Positions 17,428-27,166 of a stretch of DNA of 64,000 nt are shown piece by piece. This DNA comes from Candidatus Multivoradales bacterium (GTDB taxonomy: Bacteria > Acidobacteriota > Thermoanaerobaculia > Multivoradales > J023). Under the pieces are notes generated by a model. The model was not told the origin of the DNA. It did no database searches and saw only the letters and a list, made by a program, of their open reading frames with translations. Numbering within the stretch: the stretch's first letter is position 1; every line of letters starts with the position of its first letter. The stretch is from positions 928,001 through 992,000 of the forward strand of contig CBDFLE010000006.1 of assembly GCA_965248925.1 (NCBI GenBank), given 5' to 3'. The position numbers and the translations under genes were made by a program.

Positions 17428-18192
17428 TCAGATTTCTCCTGCTTCGATCGATGCTTCTAACAGATCGACTTCCGCAGCTGCCACGGTGTGATGAAAAGGC
17501 TCAGTGCAAACCGCGTTGCTTTCTGAGGTTTCAGCGTCTGGCGGTGATGACTTCGACTTCCTCGGCAGCAGATCTCTGAGAGCCTTGGGCAGCTCTCTGT
17601 ACTCCGCTGCCATCGGCTTCACCATGCTAGCTGTAATCTTCACTTTATCCTCCAGAACACTGGTGACAAATCCGCGTTCTAGGGCCTCTTCCGAGTCCAT
17701 CCAAGTGGTTTCGGCCATCAACGAGACAATCTCTTCCTCACTGAGTTTCGAGTGTCTTCTGTAGGCACGGGCGAGATTCTTTGCCATCGAGTCCATGAGG
17801 TCAGCCATCTTGCGGAGTTCTCCGGACTCCGCACCAAAGAGGTTCACCCAGGGGTTGTGGATCATCACATACCCGTTTGAGACGATCTCGATCGTGTCTC
17901 CGGCCATGCAAATTGAGGAACCTGCCGAGGCGGCAATGCCTTCGATGCGCACGTTGACTTTCGCAGGATGAAGGAGCAAGCTGTTGTAGATTGCAAACGC
18001 TTCGAAGACATCACCCCCTGGGCAGTTCACATTCAGCTGGATCGAGTCGATAGCCCCAGCGTTCTTGAGCTGGCGCCGGAAGTCCCTGGCGGTGACGCCA
18101 AAGAAACCTCCAACGTAATCATATAGATCAATCGACAAGGATCTGTTGCCGCCCTTGGCGGCGGCCTGAACAGGTTGAAACTTGATTGGCAC
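17428..18192 (-). CDS. ClpP-type head maturation protease
   Basis: VNCPGGDVFEAFAIYN, EGIAASAGS, MIHNPW, ETTWMDSEEALERGF. Confidence 0.92.
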   Translation of the reverse strand: MPIKFQPVQAAAKGGNRSLSIDLYDYVGGFFGVTARDFRRQLKNAGAIDSIQLNVNCPGGDVFEAFAIYNSLLLHPAKVNVRIEGIAASAGSSICMAGDTIEIVSNGYVMIHNPWVNLFGAESGELRKMADLMDSMAKNLARAYRRHSKLSEEEIVSLMAETTWMDSEEALERGFVTSVLEDKVKITASMVKPMAAEYRELPKALRDLLPRKSKSSPPDAETSESNAVCTEPFHHTVAAAEVDLLEASIEAGEI

Positions 18193-19946
18193 TAGTTCTC
18201 CTTCCTGACATGGGGCAGCAGTGATCTCACCACTGCCTCGAACATGGGTTCTGTTGCGATCATTGGAGGTGCCCAGGCGGCGACGGCGGCGATCACCTTC
18301 TCTCGGCTATCTACTGCGTCTCCTCCAATGAGAGACCCTACCTCACCACCTTTGGCTTTCAGGCCGAGCGGAAGATGCTCCACTAGACCGTCCACGCCAT
18401 CAACCGCGACGGGCAGAGAGAGCATTCGCGCGCTCGATCCCAAGGCCGCGCGAAGCAACGGACGGTAGATAGCCAGGGCAAACGACTGGTGCCGGCTTAC
18501 CGACTCGACCATTTCGGCTTGGAAGCCCTCTTTATTCTCAGGTAGGTAGCGGCGCGCTGCCTTAGCCACCCGGCCAGAGATCGATTTCGACACACGTTCA
18601 CCGGCAACCTCTAGCGCGGGCTCGAGGTCTTCGAAAGCGTCCATTGCGGCCTTGAGAGCGTCTTTTTTGGTCGGCGTTTTCTTTACCTTCTCTGCACCCT
18701 TCTCGTCGCCGCCCTGGCCGATGCCGAAATTCCTTCGAGGATACTGCGACGGGCTGTAGTCGTCGCCACCTTCTTCGGCAGGGATCAACGGCCAGTGTTC
18801 TGATCTGCGAACATCGTTTCTGGACATGGTGCCATTCTGCCGGTGGACGGCGTAGACGCGGGCTCGCTGCATGGGAGCCCCGCGCAACAAGGAATCGAGG
18901 TCGTGGCGAAAGTACATCTTGCGACGCTGCGGCCGAGTGAGCAACTTGCGAGTGTACTCCTCTTCTAATCTCGACACCCACGGGGGCAGCGTGATCGTAA
19001 CGAAATCGACAGCGCTGGCTTCCGCGTTTCCGTGAGTCTGGCCCTGTCGGGAGCGGAGGCGTAAGGGGTCGATGTTGAAACAACGAGCAACCTCCTCGAC
19101 CTGGAACGATCTAGTGTCGAGAAGCTGGGCGTCTTCGGGTTTGCCGCCGAGTTCGTGGAAGCTCGCGCCCTCCTCAAGAGTTCCTATTTGCCGACTATTG
19201 GCTGGGCCGATGGCTCCCGCGAACCGACTCACCAGACGCTGGTAGCTCTTATTGTTGATACCTTTGTGCAGATCGGTCAGCTGGATATATCCAGAAACCT
19301 GGCCGTTTAGGAAGAATGCCTTGCAAAACTCATCGACCGACAGCCCCATAACCACGGTGGCGTAGTGGTAGGTCAACGGCGAAACTCCCACCGATCCAGT
19401 CGGCGCCACCCAGGGAATGTGCAGCATCTCCTCCCGAAACAGCGGCTTGGTCTCTCCAGTGGTGTCCGGAGGGTCGACCATGTAGACCAGCTGACCGTCT
19501 CGGTGCCGGAGCGAGCCCGACTCACTGGCAAGGCGGCCCGGCCGGGTGCGTTCGCGCTCGACGAAGAACACGGCCCGAGGCTCACCATTGCGGGCAGGTA
19601 CAATCTCAGCGTAACCATTGCCACCCCGAGCAATAGACCGGACCAGGCAGTCGATGAAGACCGTCGCCGTGGAATCTGGGTTTGCCTCTGTGTTGAGCAG
19701 GTAGGTGGCCGGGTGGTTGAAAACCTCGGTTGATCCACCGGAGATTGTGCGCTCATACAGCCGAAGCGGAAGCGTTGAGATTGCTCCCGCGATAGAACCG
19801 ACCGCTGCCTGGTAGGCAGCAAGTGACATAGCAGAATCCTCGGTAACCTGCGGTGCCGACTGAGAGCCCATCGTGATGAACGGACCACTTGGATACTCGT
19901 CTCGGAATCCGAACCATTGAGAGATCTTACGCGCTATCCTCTTCAC
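18192..19946 (-). CDS. HK97-family portal protein with a C-terminal extension
   Basis: IAGAISTLPLRLY, GNGYAEI, GVSPL, EEVARCFNI, DSLLRG motifs. Confidence 0.92.
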   Translation of the reverse strand: MKRIARKISQWFGFRDEYPSGPFITMGSQSAPQVTEDSAMSLAAYQAAVGSIAGAISTLPLRLYERTISGGSTEVFNHPATYLLNTEANPDSTATVFIDCLVRSIARGGNGYAEIVPARNGEPRAVFFVERERTRPGRLASESGSLRHRDGQLVYMVDPPDTTGETKPLFREEMLHIPWVAPTGSVGVSPLTYHYATVVMGLSVDEFCKAFFLNGQVSGYIQLTDLHKGINNKSYQRLVSRFAGAIGPANSRQIGTLEEGASFHELGGKPEDAQLLDTRSFQVEEVARCFNIDPLRLRSRQGQTHGNAEASAVDFVTITLPPWVSRLEEEYTRKLLTRPQRRKMYFRHDLDSLLRGAPMQRARVYAVHRQNGTMSRNDVRRSEHWPLIPAEEGGDDYSPSQYPRRNFGIGQGGDEKGAEKVKKTPTKKDALKAAMDAFEDLEPALEVAGERVSKSISGRVAKAARRYLPENKEGFQAEMVESVSRHQSFALAIYRPLLRAALGSSARMLSLPVAVDGVDGLVEHLPLGLKAKGGEVGSLIGGDAVDSREKVIAAVAAWAPPMIATEPMFEAVVRSLLPHVRKEN

Positions 19947-21519
19947 TCGCTCTTCCTCCGATCGTTGCGACCAGCGGACCTCGCCGGGCGTAGACCGATT
20001 CTTTGACCTCTGGTTGCACCATCCATCGCGAGATCGCGATGATGAGAGCTACCGCTGAATCGATGTTTTCGACACTTCTGACCCTGTCCGGCATAACGTT
20101 GCCGCGCCCGTCCTCCCGGCAAATCACGTTGAGCGCGGCCCATCGCAGCATCGGGTGGCCACCGTGGGCAAGTAGCTTGCGCAGCACCATCTCTTCGAGT
20201 CGCTTGGTCGGCTCGCTCATTTCCTTGTACTGCTGCTGGACTTTGACCACCTTGACCCCTGCTGACTCCACACCTCGAGCAGCCTCCTCCCATTTGTAGG
20301 GATCGATCCCAATCTCGAGGATCTCGTACTTGTCGGCCAGCTCGATGACTTTGGCGAAAATCTGACTTCTGTCGATCGTCGCTCCTGGGCAGGTTTCGAG
20401 GTGACCTCCAGCGATCCAGGCGTCGAACGGCGTGCCGCTCTGCCGGATTCGCAGGGCCACTTCCTCCTCTGGCATCCAGTTCCAGGAAAGGGTTTGCAGA
20501 GGCGGCTCGCCTGGGCCGTCGGCCGGGAAGATAAGACACAGAGAGGAGGGGTCTCGATTTTGCGACAGATCCAAGCCGGCGAAACATGGCCGGCCCAGCA
20601 GGGCCTCTGGGTCTACTGTTAAATCTCCGGCATCCCACTGCCCAGCGCCCAGGAACCGCGCTTGAGGTTCCCCCCAGACATTGAGGTGCAGCTGGCGAAA
20701 ATTGCGTTCCCGTCGAGGGCTTGATCGAGCCTCGACTGCCAGCTCGCGCATGGCTTGGAGCGAGACGCTGTGGCCCAGCGATGGATTGGCGCGCCGCCAC
20801 ACCACCTCGTCGAAGCTGTCGTCTGTGGGTTCGGCGCCATAGAGCACTGCTAAGAACGAGTCGTCTTGGATCTGCCCCGCGGCGACCTTCTGGGCGTATT
20901 GATCGACCTCCCAGGCGATGCCGTCGCGACGGTCCCCAGCAGTCGTGAGGTACAAGTGCAGCGGCTGTTCGCGAGCCACGCCGGCACCGCGCAGCGCATT
21001 GTAGAGTCGGTCGTTTGGCTGAGCGTGCAGCTCGTCGAAAATCACCGCGCTGGCGTTGTAGCCGTGCGCCCGCTTCGCGTCGCTCGACAGCACTCGATAG
21101 ACCCCGTTGTTGCGAGGGCAGAGTATGGAGGTTGCCTGCACTTTGCAGAGCCGAGAGAGTGCGGGCGACTGCCTGATGATCTCCTGAGCGTCGCCGAAGA
21201 TGATCTTGGCCTGATCCCGACTTCCTGCAACCGAGTAGACTTCTGGCGCTGGTTCCCCATCGGCAGTCAACAGGTATAGCGCTAGCGCAGAGCCCATCAA
21301 GCTTTTGCCCTGTTTCTTCGGAATCCGCAGGTAGAGAGTCTTGTAGCGACGCCAGCCGTCCTCTCGCCGCCGCCAACCGAATAGCGGCCGGAATATCTGA
21401 GCTACTTGCCAAGGCAAGAGGTCGAACGGACGACCTGACCACGATCCCTTGACATGGGAAACGTAGTCCCGGCAGAAGCGCTCTGCCTTGCTGGCTGCTT
21501 CGTGGTCGAAGTAATGCAT
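19927..21519 (-). CDS. terL: Terminase large subunit
   Basis: Walker A IPKKQGKS, Walker B VIFDELH, LTTAG, nuclease GLDLS and ENIDSAVA. Confidence 0.95.
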   Translation of the reverse strand: MHYFDHEAASKAERFCRDYVSHVKGSWSGRPFDLLPWQVAQIFRPLFGWRRREDGWRRYKTLYLRIPKKQGKSLMGSALALYLLTADGEPAPEVYSVAGSRDQAKIIFGDAQEIIRQSPALSRLCKVQATSILCPRNNGVYRVLSSDAKRAHGYNASAVIFDELHAQPNDRLYNALRGAGVAREQPLHLYLTTAGDRRDGIAWEVDQYAQKVAAGQIQDDSFLAVLYGAEPTDDSFDEVVWRRANPSLGHSVSLQAMRELAVEARSSPRRERNFRQLHLNVWGEPQARFLGAGQWDAGDLTVDPEALLGRPCFAGLDLSQNRDPSSLCLIFPADGPGEPPLQTLSWNWMPEEEVALRIRQSGTPFDAWIAGGHLETCPGATIDRSQIFAKVIELADKYEILEIGIDPYKWEEAARGVESAGVKVVKVQQQYKEMSEPTKRLEEMVLRKLLAHGGHPMLRWAALNVICREDGRGNVMPDRVRSVENIDSAVALIIAISRWMVQPEVKESVYARRGPLVATIGGRASEEDSA

Positions 21520-21522
21520 GCA

Positions 21523-22005
21523 TTAGTTCACCGAATCCGGACGTCGCGTCGAGAACATCGCGGGGTCTCGGTCGGCAACAGACGGGGACTTTTGAGCTGG
21601 CGACAAACCAACCCGTGTGCTCGGTGACAAGCCAAGCTCTGCCCGACATTGCCGCACCCGACCCCATGCGGCGTTTCGAACCATGACCTTAGGGTTCCGT
21701 TTCGTCCCGTGCGCCCCACTAACCGTGACACCCTCCAATTTCACATCCTGCTCTAGGTCAACCGCCTCGATGTAGGCCGTGCAGAAATCAACCAAGACTG
21801 AGAAATCCACCACAGCAATGGATCCTGCTTTCACCAGCACTGGGACCACTGAATGCCAGACCGCCAGGTGATCCGCGGTGAAGAACTCGGGGGGTTCTGG
21901 GGCGCAAGACCTGCCAATGTCTGGCTCGGGAGGGATCGCCCGTTGACCGGGGTTTCCCTCGCGCTCCTTCTGCGCGGCAGACTTCGGTTTAGGCCCTCTT
22001 TTCAT
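21523..22005 (-). CDS. terS: Terminase small subunit (P27 family)
   Basis: MKRGPKPKS...EGNPGQR, KRNPKV, AELGLSPSTR. Confidence 0.9.
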   Translation of the reverse strand: MKRGPKPKSAAQKEREGNPGQRAIPPEPDIGRSCAPEPPEFFTADHLAVWHSVVPVLVKAGSIAVVDFSVLVDFCTAYIEAVDLEQDVKLEGVTVSGAHGTKRNPKVMVRNAAWGRVRQCRAELGLSPSTRVGLSPAQKSPSVADRDPAMFSTRRPDSVN

Positions 22006-22029
22006 GGTTCCTAGGCATCCTCTATCTTT

Positions 22030-22120
22030 TTTTGCTAAATTCGCAGCCGCACACAGTTGAGGGAGACGCGGTTTCCATAGCTGTTTGCCTATGGAATTCC
22101 GATGCATGCCCCCTATTGTC
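22030..22120 (-). other. Candidate cos/packaging-site region
   Basis: Non-coding gap between the HNH gene and terS, the usual cos position in HK97-like phages; GGGGG...ACCGCG...GCGAATTT on the minus strand. The exact cut site cannot be seen. Confidence 0.35.
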
Positions 22121-22239
22121 GAGGTCTCTAGAACCTGCTTTGCGCGGATATGCCCCAGGGGCGCACATGGCGTAACAGCTCTCAGACCACCAGAACAGGC
22201 TCTGGGCACTCTGCGCGCATTGGCTCGCAAGTGGCGACA

Positions 22240-23070
22240 TCACTTAGAGCCTCTGCGCTGACCGCGCTTCGCGGTGGACGATTTCGCCGCCCTTGAACTC
22301 TTCTTGCGCGTAAACCACGGCGAGCCGTCACTCATCAACCTGTCGACGTGAGGAGCGCTGAATTCATCCGCGATGAGTCTCGCGCGGCACGCCTTTGCAG
22401 ATGCGGTGATCTTTGTGGTCTTTGACAGTTCAAGACGGCCTAGCGCTGCTCCGACCTGGCCCGGTGTCTTTGCCTGGGAAATTATCCAAACCTTTGGCGC
22501 CAAGCTCGGTCGAATGACAACCGACTCGATTAACGATGACCGTGCTGCCTGCACTGCTGGCAAAAGGCTGGCGACTTGCTCGAACTTTGGCAGACCGCTG
22601 ATCGCTGCCATGATTTCCTCGTCGTCGATTACCAAGTCGCCATCTGTTAGATGGTCTAGCACGTACTCCTCGCGGCCCGATCCCGGTGGGCCGCAAACCA
22701 ACTCAACCTCGACAGTCCTCGGCTTGTCTTCGACGGCTATGGAATCCTCTGCCGTCTTGCGGCTGTGGCAGCTCTTGCAGAGAGACTGTAGGTTGCTCTC
22801 ATCGTCACTACCACCACGCGACCTGGGCAGGATGTGATCCACCTCTGTCGCCTCAGCACGCTTGCCATCTTGCTGGCACTGACGACACAGCGGCTCTGCG
22901 TCAAGCTGGCGCTTGCGGATCGCTCGCCACGCCTTCGAGGTGTACCCACGCTTCGACGCGCCGGGGCGGCTTGCATTGTGATCCGCCTGGCACTGCTTGC
23001 ACCTCGTACCCTTGCGGATAGTGCGGTGGCACGCAGGCTCTGCGCACGGTCGAGGGAGTGCTCTGCCCAC
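22240..23070 (-). CDS. HNH endonuclease (terminase-associated) fused to a P-loop-like C-terminal domain
   Basis: PLCRQC, EVDHILPRSRGG, NLQSLCKSCHSRKT; then LVCGPPGSGRE...GDLVID. Confidence 0.85.
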   Translation of the reverse strand: MGRALPRPCAEPACHRTIRKGTRCKQCQADHNASRPGASKRGYTSKAWRAIRKRQLDAEPLCRQCQQDGKRAEATEVDHILPRSRGGSDDESNLQSLCKSCHSRKTAEDSIAVEDKPRTVEVELVCGPPGSGREEYVLDHLTDGDLVIDDEEIMAAISGLPKFEQVASLLPAVQAARSSLIESVVIRPSLAPKVWIISQAKTPGQVGAALGRLELSKTTKITASAKACRARLIADEFSAPHVDRLMSDGSPWFTRKKSSRAAKSSTAKRGQRRGSK

Positions 23071-24449
23071 TACCTAGGACCTCCGCCAGTACGCTCGATG
23101 ACCTCGAGGTCCTTGGCCAGGTGAGCTGGGCTCGATGAGACCTCTAAGGGTCTGCTGTCTGGATCAGAGAGTGTGCCGTAGACCGTAGTAGCCTGCTGTG
23201 TTTCGAGCGAGCCATCTGGGTACGGCACCACGATCACCGCGCCGGTCCGGCCCTTGGACAGATCGAGACGTTGGAAGAGCGAGACGCCCTCGCGGAACGT
23301 CAGAGTTGGCAGGTGCAGCTGGAGCCTCTTCGCGAGCACGAGCGCACTACTGCCAAACTCCTGCTGGCCCTTGGTCCTGCCGCGGTCGCTCGGATCGACG
23401 ACAGAGACTAGAGGGCCAGCAGTATGGCCAGCCTTGGAGGGTGTGAAGGCCGGCGAAAGGTTTACTACCCCCACCTCGACATCGCCGCCGCGGCTGCGAC
23501 GCTGAAAGTCGATGCGCACATGGCGGGCGACAGGGGCATCGAGCGGAATGTGGTTGGCGTAAGCCTGGCCCCACATCGTTGGCGGCGGCACAGAGTCAGA
23601 CCAGAGCGGGTCGCCTGCGGAGAAAGGTACACCTATTAGCCCTGTGTCGTACTCGGTTGCGCCTGAATACGCCTCCCACCCAACTGCCGCTATAGTCAAA
23701 GACGCGCCCGACTTGCCAGAGCACTCGACGTGCAGCTCGAGGTCAGCTCCGGTCGGGTCGACTAAATCGCCTGCCGATAGATAGCCGGACACCAACAGCT
23801 TGTCCCCATCTTCGCCCTCGAACTCGCCGCGGGCTACCTCCTTTGCCGGTGGCCCTCCTGACTCGCCGACCAGCAATGCAACCTCAAGCGATGCTGCCGG
23901 GCCGCCTTGGCGCTGCACGAGCACATGGATCACCTGCAAGCCGTCGCCCCCCGTCAAGTGCGCGCCACCGAGTGGGGCAACATCGAACCGCACCACAGCG
24001 GCAGTCGAGTTGCCAGGCACGTCGACCGACCAGGCTAGAGCATCTGGGCTGTGGGGGTTATCGTCGATCTCGGCGATTCCACCGGTCATGTTTTGCTGAC
24101 TTACGATCACCGCGGGAGGCAGGAGAGCCGCGCCGCCTATCGGGAACTCTGAAGCACGGAAGCGCAGCTTGTCGTCGCCAGACAGGTTGTGCGCCACCAG
24201 ATTCATCATCCCGATCCTCAGCGACTCACCGAAGTCAAAACCAATCCAAAGATCGTCGGCACCGCCGGCCAATCGGATCGATTCACTCGGGTCTTCGCTT
24301 CGAAGGTTCTCTTGGCCGAAATCGCCGCCTGGAGTAGGTCCAGACGTGATGACGGTTTGGGGCAGTGTGCAGTAGTTCGGCGCAGCCCCAATATGTACTA
24401 GACGGTCGCCCACGATCACTGGCCTCCCTGCTGATTTGTTGTCCGCCAA
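23070..24449 (-). CDS. Putative tail-tip/distal tail protein (discoidin-like start, ARHVRIDF...VDPS)
   Basis: Beta-rich; motifs recall the proteins that follow tail-hub genes in proteobacterial siphophages. Confidence 0.5.
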   Translation of the reverse strand: MADNKSAGRPVIVGDRLVHIGAAPNYCTLPQTVITSGPTPGGDFGQENLRSEDPSESIRLAGGADDLWIGFDFGESLRIGMMNLVAHNLSGDDKLRFRASEFPIGGAALLPPAVIVSQQNMTGGIAEIDDNPHSPDALAWSVDVPGNSTAAVVRFDVAPLGGAHLTGGDGLQVIHVLVQRQGGPAASLEVALLVGESGGPPAKEVARGEFEGEDGDKLLVSGYLSAGDLVDPTGADLELHVECSGKSGASLTIAAVGWEAYSGATEYDTGLIGVPFSAGDPLWSDSVPPPTMWGQAYANHIPLDAPVARHVRIDFQRRSRGGDVEVGVVNLSPAFTPSKAGHTAGPLVSVVDPSDRGRTKGQQEFGSSALVLAKRLQLHLPTLTFREGVSLFQRLDLSKGRTGAVIVVPYPDGSLETQQATTVYGTLSDPDSRPLEVSSSPAHLAKDLEVIERTGGGPR

Positions 24450-26677
24450 AGGGTGAGGGTCCTGGCAGCACCCTCTGAAGAGTCGCGAAGGCCAGTACCC
24501 AGCACGATAAAGCGCTCACCTGCTCCCAGTCCGAGACGCTGAACCATTCCTTGTCCAGATGCATCGCGCTCTAGCAAAGCAACCTCGATGGTGTCGAATC
24601 GCCGCACGTCGTGAGCGGCGCCTGTTACCGAGATGAGTAGACCTTGCGATGGCCCGCTGAATAGCTGAAGACGACGCTCCGCCTCCGCTTCAGCGTCTGC
24701 TCGCTGGACGTAGTGAGTTTCTAGCACCTGGATAGTCGCTGCCGAGCGGTACCGACTCCTAACCTCGTCGTCTTCTGCGGTGGCCCAGCGGTACTCACGA
24801 TCGAGGAAAAGCGCGTAGGGTGTCTCGCGCACGCTGCCAGCGATGCTGCTTTGACTCATCACAGTGTGGTTACGGCGAAAACCTAAACGCCAGCGCCACG
24901 CATGAGGGTCTGGCCTGAGAACCTCAACTGATCCAATATGCTGCTGGGTGAGCCGGCGAGATGCAGCTGGTGCTGGACCCTCGAAGCGTGCCACTGTGAG
25001 CAAGTTGTCATCCCACCAAGCCGATGCGCCGACTGTTTCGAGCACCTCGCGCACCAGATCAACTAGCGATAGCTCGTTGTCAGGAGGTGCCCAGAACTCC
25101 AGATCTCCGGGGGCGGCCGCGTCGAGTTGTTGCCATGCAGGCGCATCCAGCCTCGCCAACATGAGCGGTACATAGCCGCGAGTGGTGATCGCGTGCTGAA
25201 CTATTGATGATGCAGTGCGGCCAGCTTGAGGATATCCCTCCAAGTCACACGTCACCACGCCATCTGTGCCTGACCCGAGGCGGAAGTAGGAGCCGTCCGG
25301 TCCATCAATCGCTATGTCGTAGTGGCCAGGCAATGTAGAGCCCTGCAAAAACGATCGAATATCCAAATAGGCAACGCCAAGTGTGACATCGGCGCCATTG
25401 TCATTGACTCGTGGAATGCCCTCTATACCAGCCGCTGCCACGCAATAGGTCTGACTCTGTGGGTGGACCAGGTAGGGCGTCACATTGCGTGGTACTCCCC
25501 ACGGGTCAGGTACTGTCACTCCTTGGGAGTCAGCATCACCCTCAAGGCCAGCCAAATATTCGATGGCGCCAAACTCAGACCCGTTGTTGTCGTTGCCGCT
25601 GGAATCGGCAAGATCGCCGTCTAGAGTCCAGTACGCGGCCAGGTCGGCGTCTGAAACTTGGTGGGCAGTCAATGGGCGCTTACGCCATTTACGTACTTCT
25701 CCGTCAGTCCGCGCTCGACTCCAGCAACGGACTTGCTGCAAAAAACCATCGAAGAAAACCCCGAGCGACAGTACCCCGTCGCCAACCGGTACAACTCCCG
25801 GCCGCTCGAAAGAGTACTTGATGTCGGCCCCGGTCGAGGGGGTGTGAAGGTGCATGGTTACCGTCGTGCCCAAACAGGCAACAGCTACATGGTGCCAGCG
25901 CTTCAAATCGAGGGTGTCGAGAGAGACAACCGGGCCAGACCATCCCGATCGATCAAAGTTGATCTTGGCATCGGTACCTACAAACATCGCGAACGGCCAA
26001 CTGGTTGCCTGGCTACGCCAACTCAACAGATGACCAGTGGTCGCCAGATCTCCCGGCCATAGCCACATTTCGACCGTCAGGTCATCGACTATTTGCAACT
26101 TCGGCGGCTGGGTCAGGACTACGTGAGAGCCATGCGGCAGGTCGATGCAGTCGCCGCAGCCGCGGAAGGTGCGCGCGGCCAACCGGGAGTGAAAGTCGCG
26201 TCCACGATCGAAAATCGGCACTGTGACCGTGTCTGGCTGGAGCACGGGCTGGCCCATGCGAAAAGGCGAACCGTCAACCTCTCGGTATTCGTCCAGGGTC
26301 ATCTGATGCCCTGTCGTGGGTGTATAACCGCCCTGCCGAACAACGCACTTCCGACCCATAAAGTCGAGCGGGCCGGGCGCAAATAGACTATCTAAATCAC
26401 CGGCGTTGTTGCCCAGCACTAGAGATCCACGGTTGCGCGGATCCAGGAATCCGGCCACCGTACCGATCGGCACATCGCCACCGTCGTAGGTGATCTCGCT
26501 ATCAAGCAAAGCACTCCACCTGGTGTGTGCCGGGTAGTCATTGGCGCCGGTGGCGAAGGGCCAAATCGCGTACCGCAGCACTCGCTCTTCGGCAGCCTCT
26601 CGATCCCACGCGTAGAGGTCTACCAAGGTATTGGTCCTAGCGCCTCGGTCGGCAATATGATCGTCCCAAGCTGTCAT
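24416..26677 (-). CDS. Putative tail/hub protein with an inserted LamG (concanavalin-like) domain
   Basis: LTVEMWL...RWHHVAV...FFDGFLQQVRCWSRART...AAYWTLDG (LamG); GSLVLGNNAGDLD, PWGVPRNVTP. ATG at 26677 overlaps the upstream TGA. Confidence 0.65.
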   Translation of the reverse strand: MTAWDDHIADRGARTNTLVDLYAWDREAAEERVLRYAIWPFATGANDYPAHTRWSALLDSEITYDGGDVPIGTVAGFLDPRNRGSLVLGNNAGDLDSLFAPGPLDFMGRKCVVRQGGYTPTTGHQMTLDEYREVDGSPFRMGQPVLQPDTVTVPIFDRGRDFHSRLAARTFRGCGDCIDLPHGSHVVLTQPPKLQIVDDLTVEMWLWPGDLATTGHLLSWRSQATSWPFAMFVGTDAKINFDRSGWSGPVVSLDTLDLKRWHHVAVACLGTTVTMHLHTPSTGADIKYSFERPGVVPVGDGVLSLGVFFDGFLQQVRCWSRARTDGEVRKWRKRPLTAHQVSDADLAAYWTLDGDLADSSGNDNNGSEFGAIEYLAGLEGDADSQGVTVPDPWGVPRNVTPYLVHPQSQTYCVAAAGIEGIPRVNDNGADVTLGVAYLDIRSFLQGSTLPGHYDIAIDGPDGSYFRLGSGTDGVVTCDLEGYPQAGRTASSIVQHAITTRGYVPLMLARLDAPAWQQLDAAAPGDLEFWAPPDNELSLVDLVREVLETVGASAWWDDNLLTVARFEGPAPAASRRLTQQHIGSVEVLRPDPHAWRWRLGFRRNHTVMSQSSIAGSVRETPYALFLDREYRWATAEDDEVRSRYRSAATIQVLETHYVQRADAEAEAERRLQLFSGPSQGLLISVTGAAHDVRRFDTIEVALLERDASGQGMVQRLGLGAGERFIVLGTGLRDSSEGAARTLTLWRTTNQQGGQ

Positions 26678-27162
26678 GGTTTTTCCTGCGCGACTTCTAG
26701 CGCCGCCCCATCGTCGCCACGGAACAGGGCAGCGATGAGCCGCGCCGCCATACCGCTGCGGGCTTGAGTGGGCGTAACCCGGAGCACTCGCCACCCAAAA
26801 ACGAGCGCCAAGTTGTACTTGACCATGTCGGAGCGGAACCGCTCCCTTGTGCGATGAGCGCCACCCTCGATCTCGACGGCCAGGCGCCACGCCGACCACG
26901 CGAGGTCGAAGGAGAACCGCCGACCGAGGGACTCTGCAAACTTTGACTCGAGGATTGGAGCAGGCAGCTGCTCCCGTTCCAACTGGGACAGCAGCGCAGA
27001 TAGGGTTGCATCTACCTGCGCTTTGGTACGGTGGTACCGCGCCTGATTCTCGGCTTGCTGAAGGTCGTCACTGGGCTTGCGAGCCCGCGGCGACGTACCC
27101 ACAGCTCGGTCCGCAAGACCAGCCTCAGCGACCTGGGCGGAAGTCCATCCGTAGCTGCCCAT
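26674..27162 (-). CDS. DUF559/Vsr-like PD-(D/E)xK endonuclease
   Basis: RRFSFDLAW, LAVEIEGG, DMVKYN, GWRVLRVTP. Confidence 0.8.
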   Translation of the reverse strand: MGSYGWTSAQVAEAGLADRAVGTSPRARKPSDDLQQAENQARYHRTKAQVDATLSALLSQLEREQLPAPILESKFAESLGRRFSFDLAWSAWRLAVEIEGGAHRTRERFRSDMVKYNLALVFGWRVLRVTPTQARSGMAARLIAALFRGDDGAALEVAQEKP

Positions 27163-27166
27163 CAGA

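Noticed and set aside
19943-21667. 574-aa alternative-frame ORF over terL
   Set aside because: Arg/Ala/Gly-rich with no motifs; typical GC-rich off-frame ORF.
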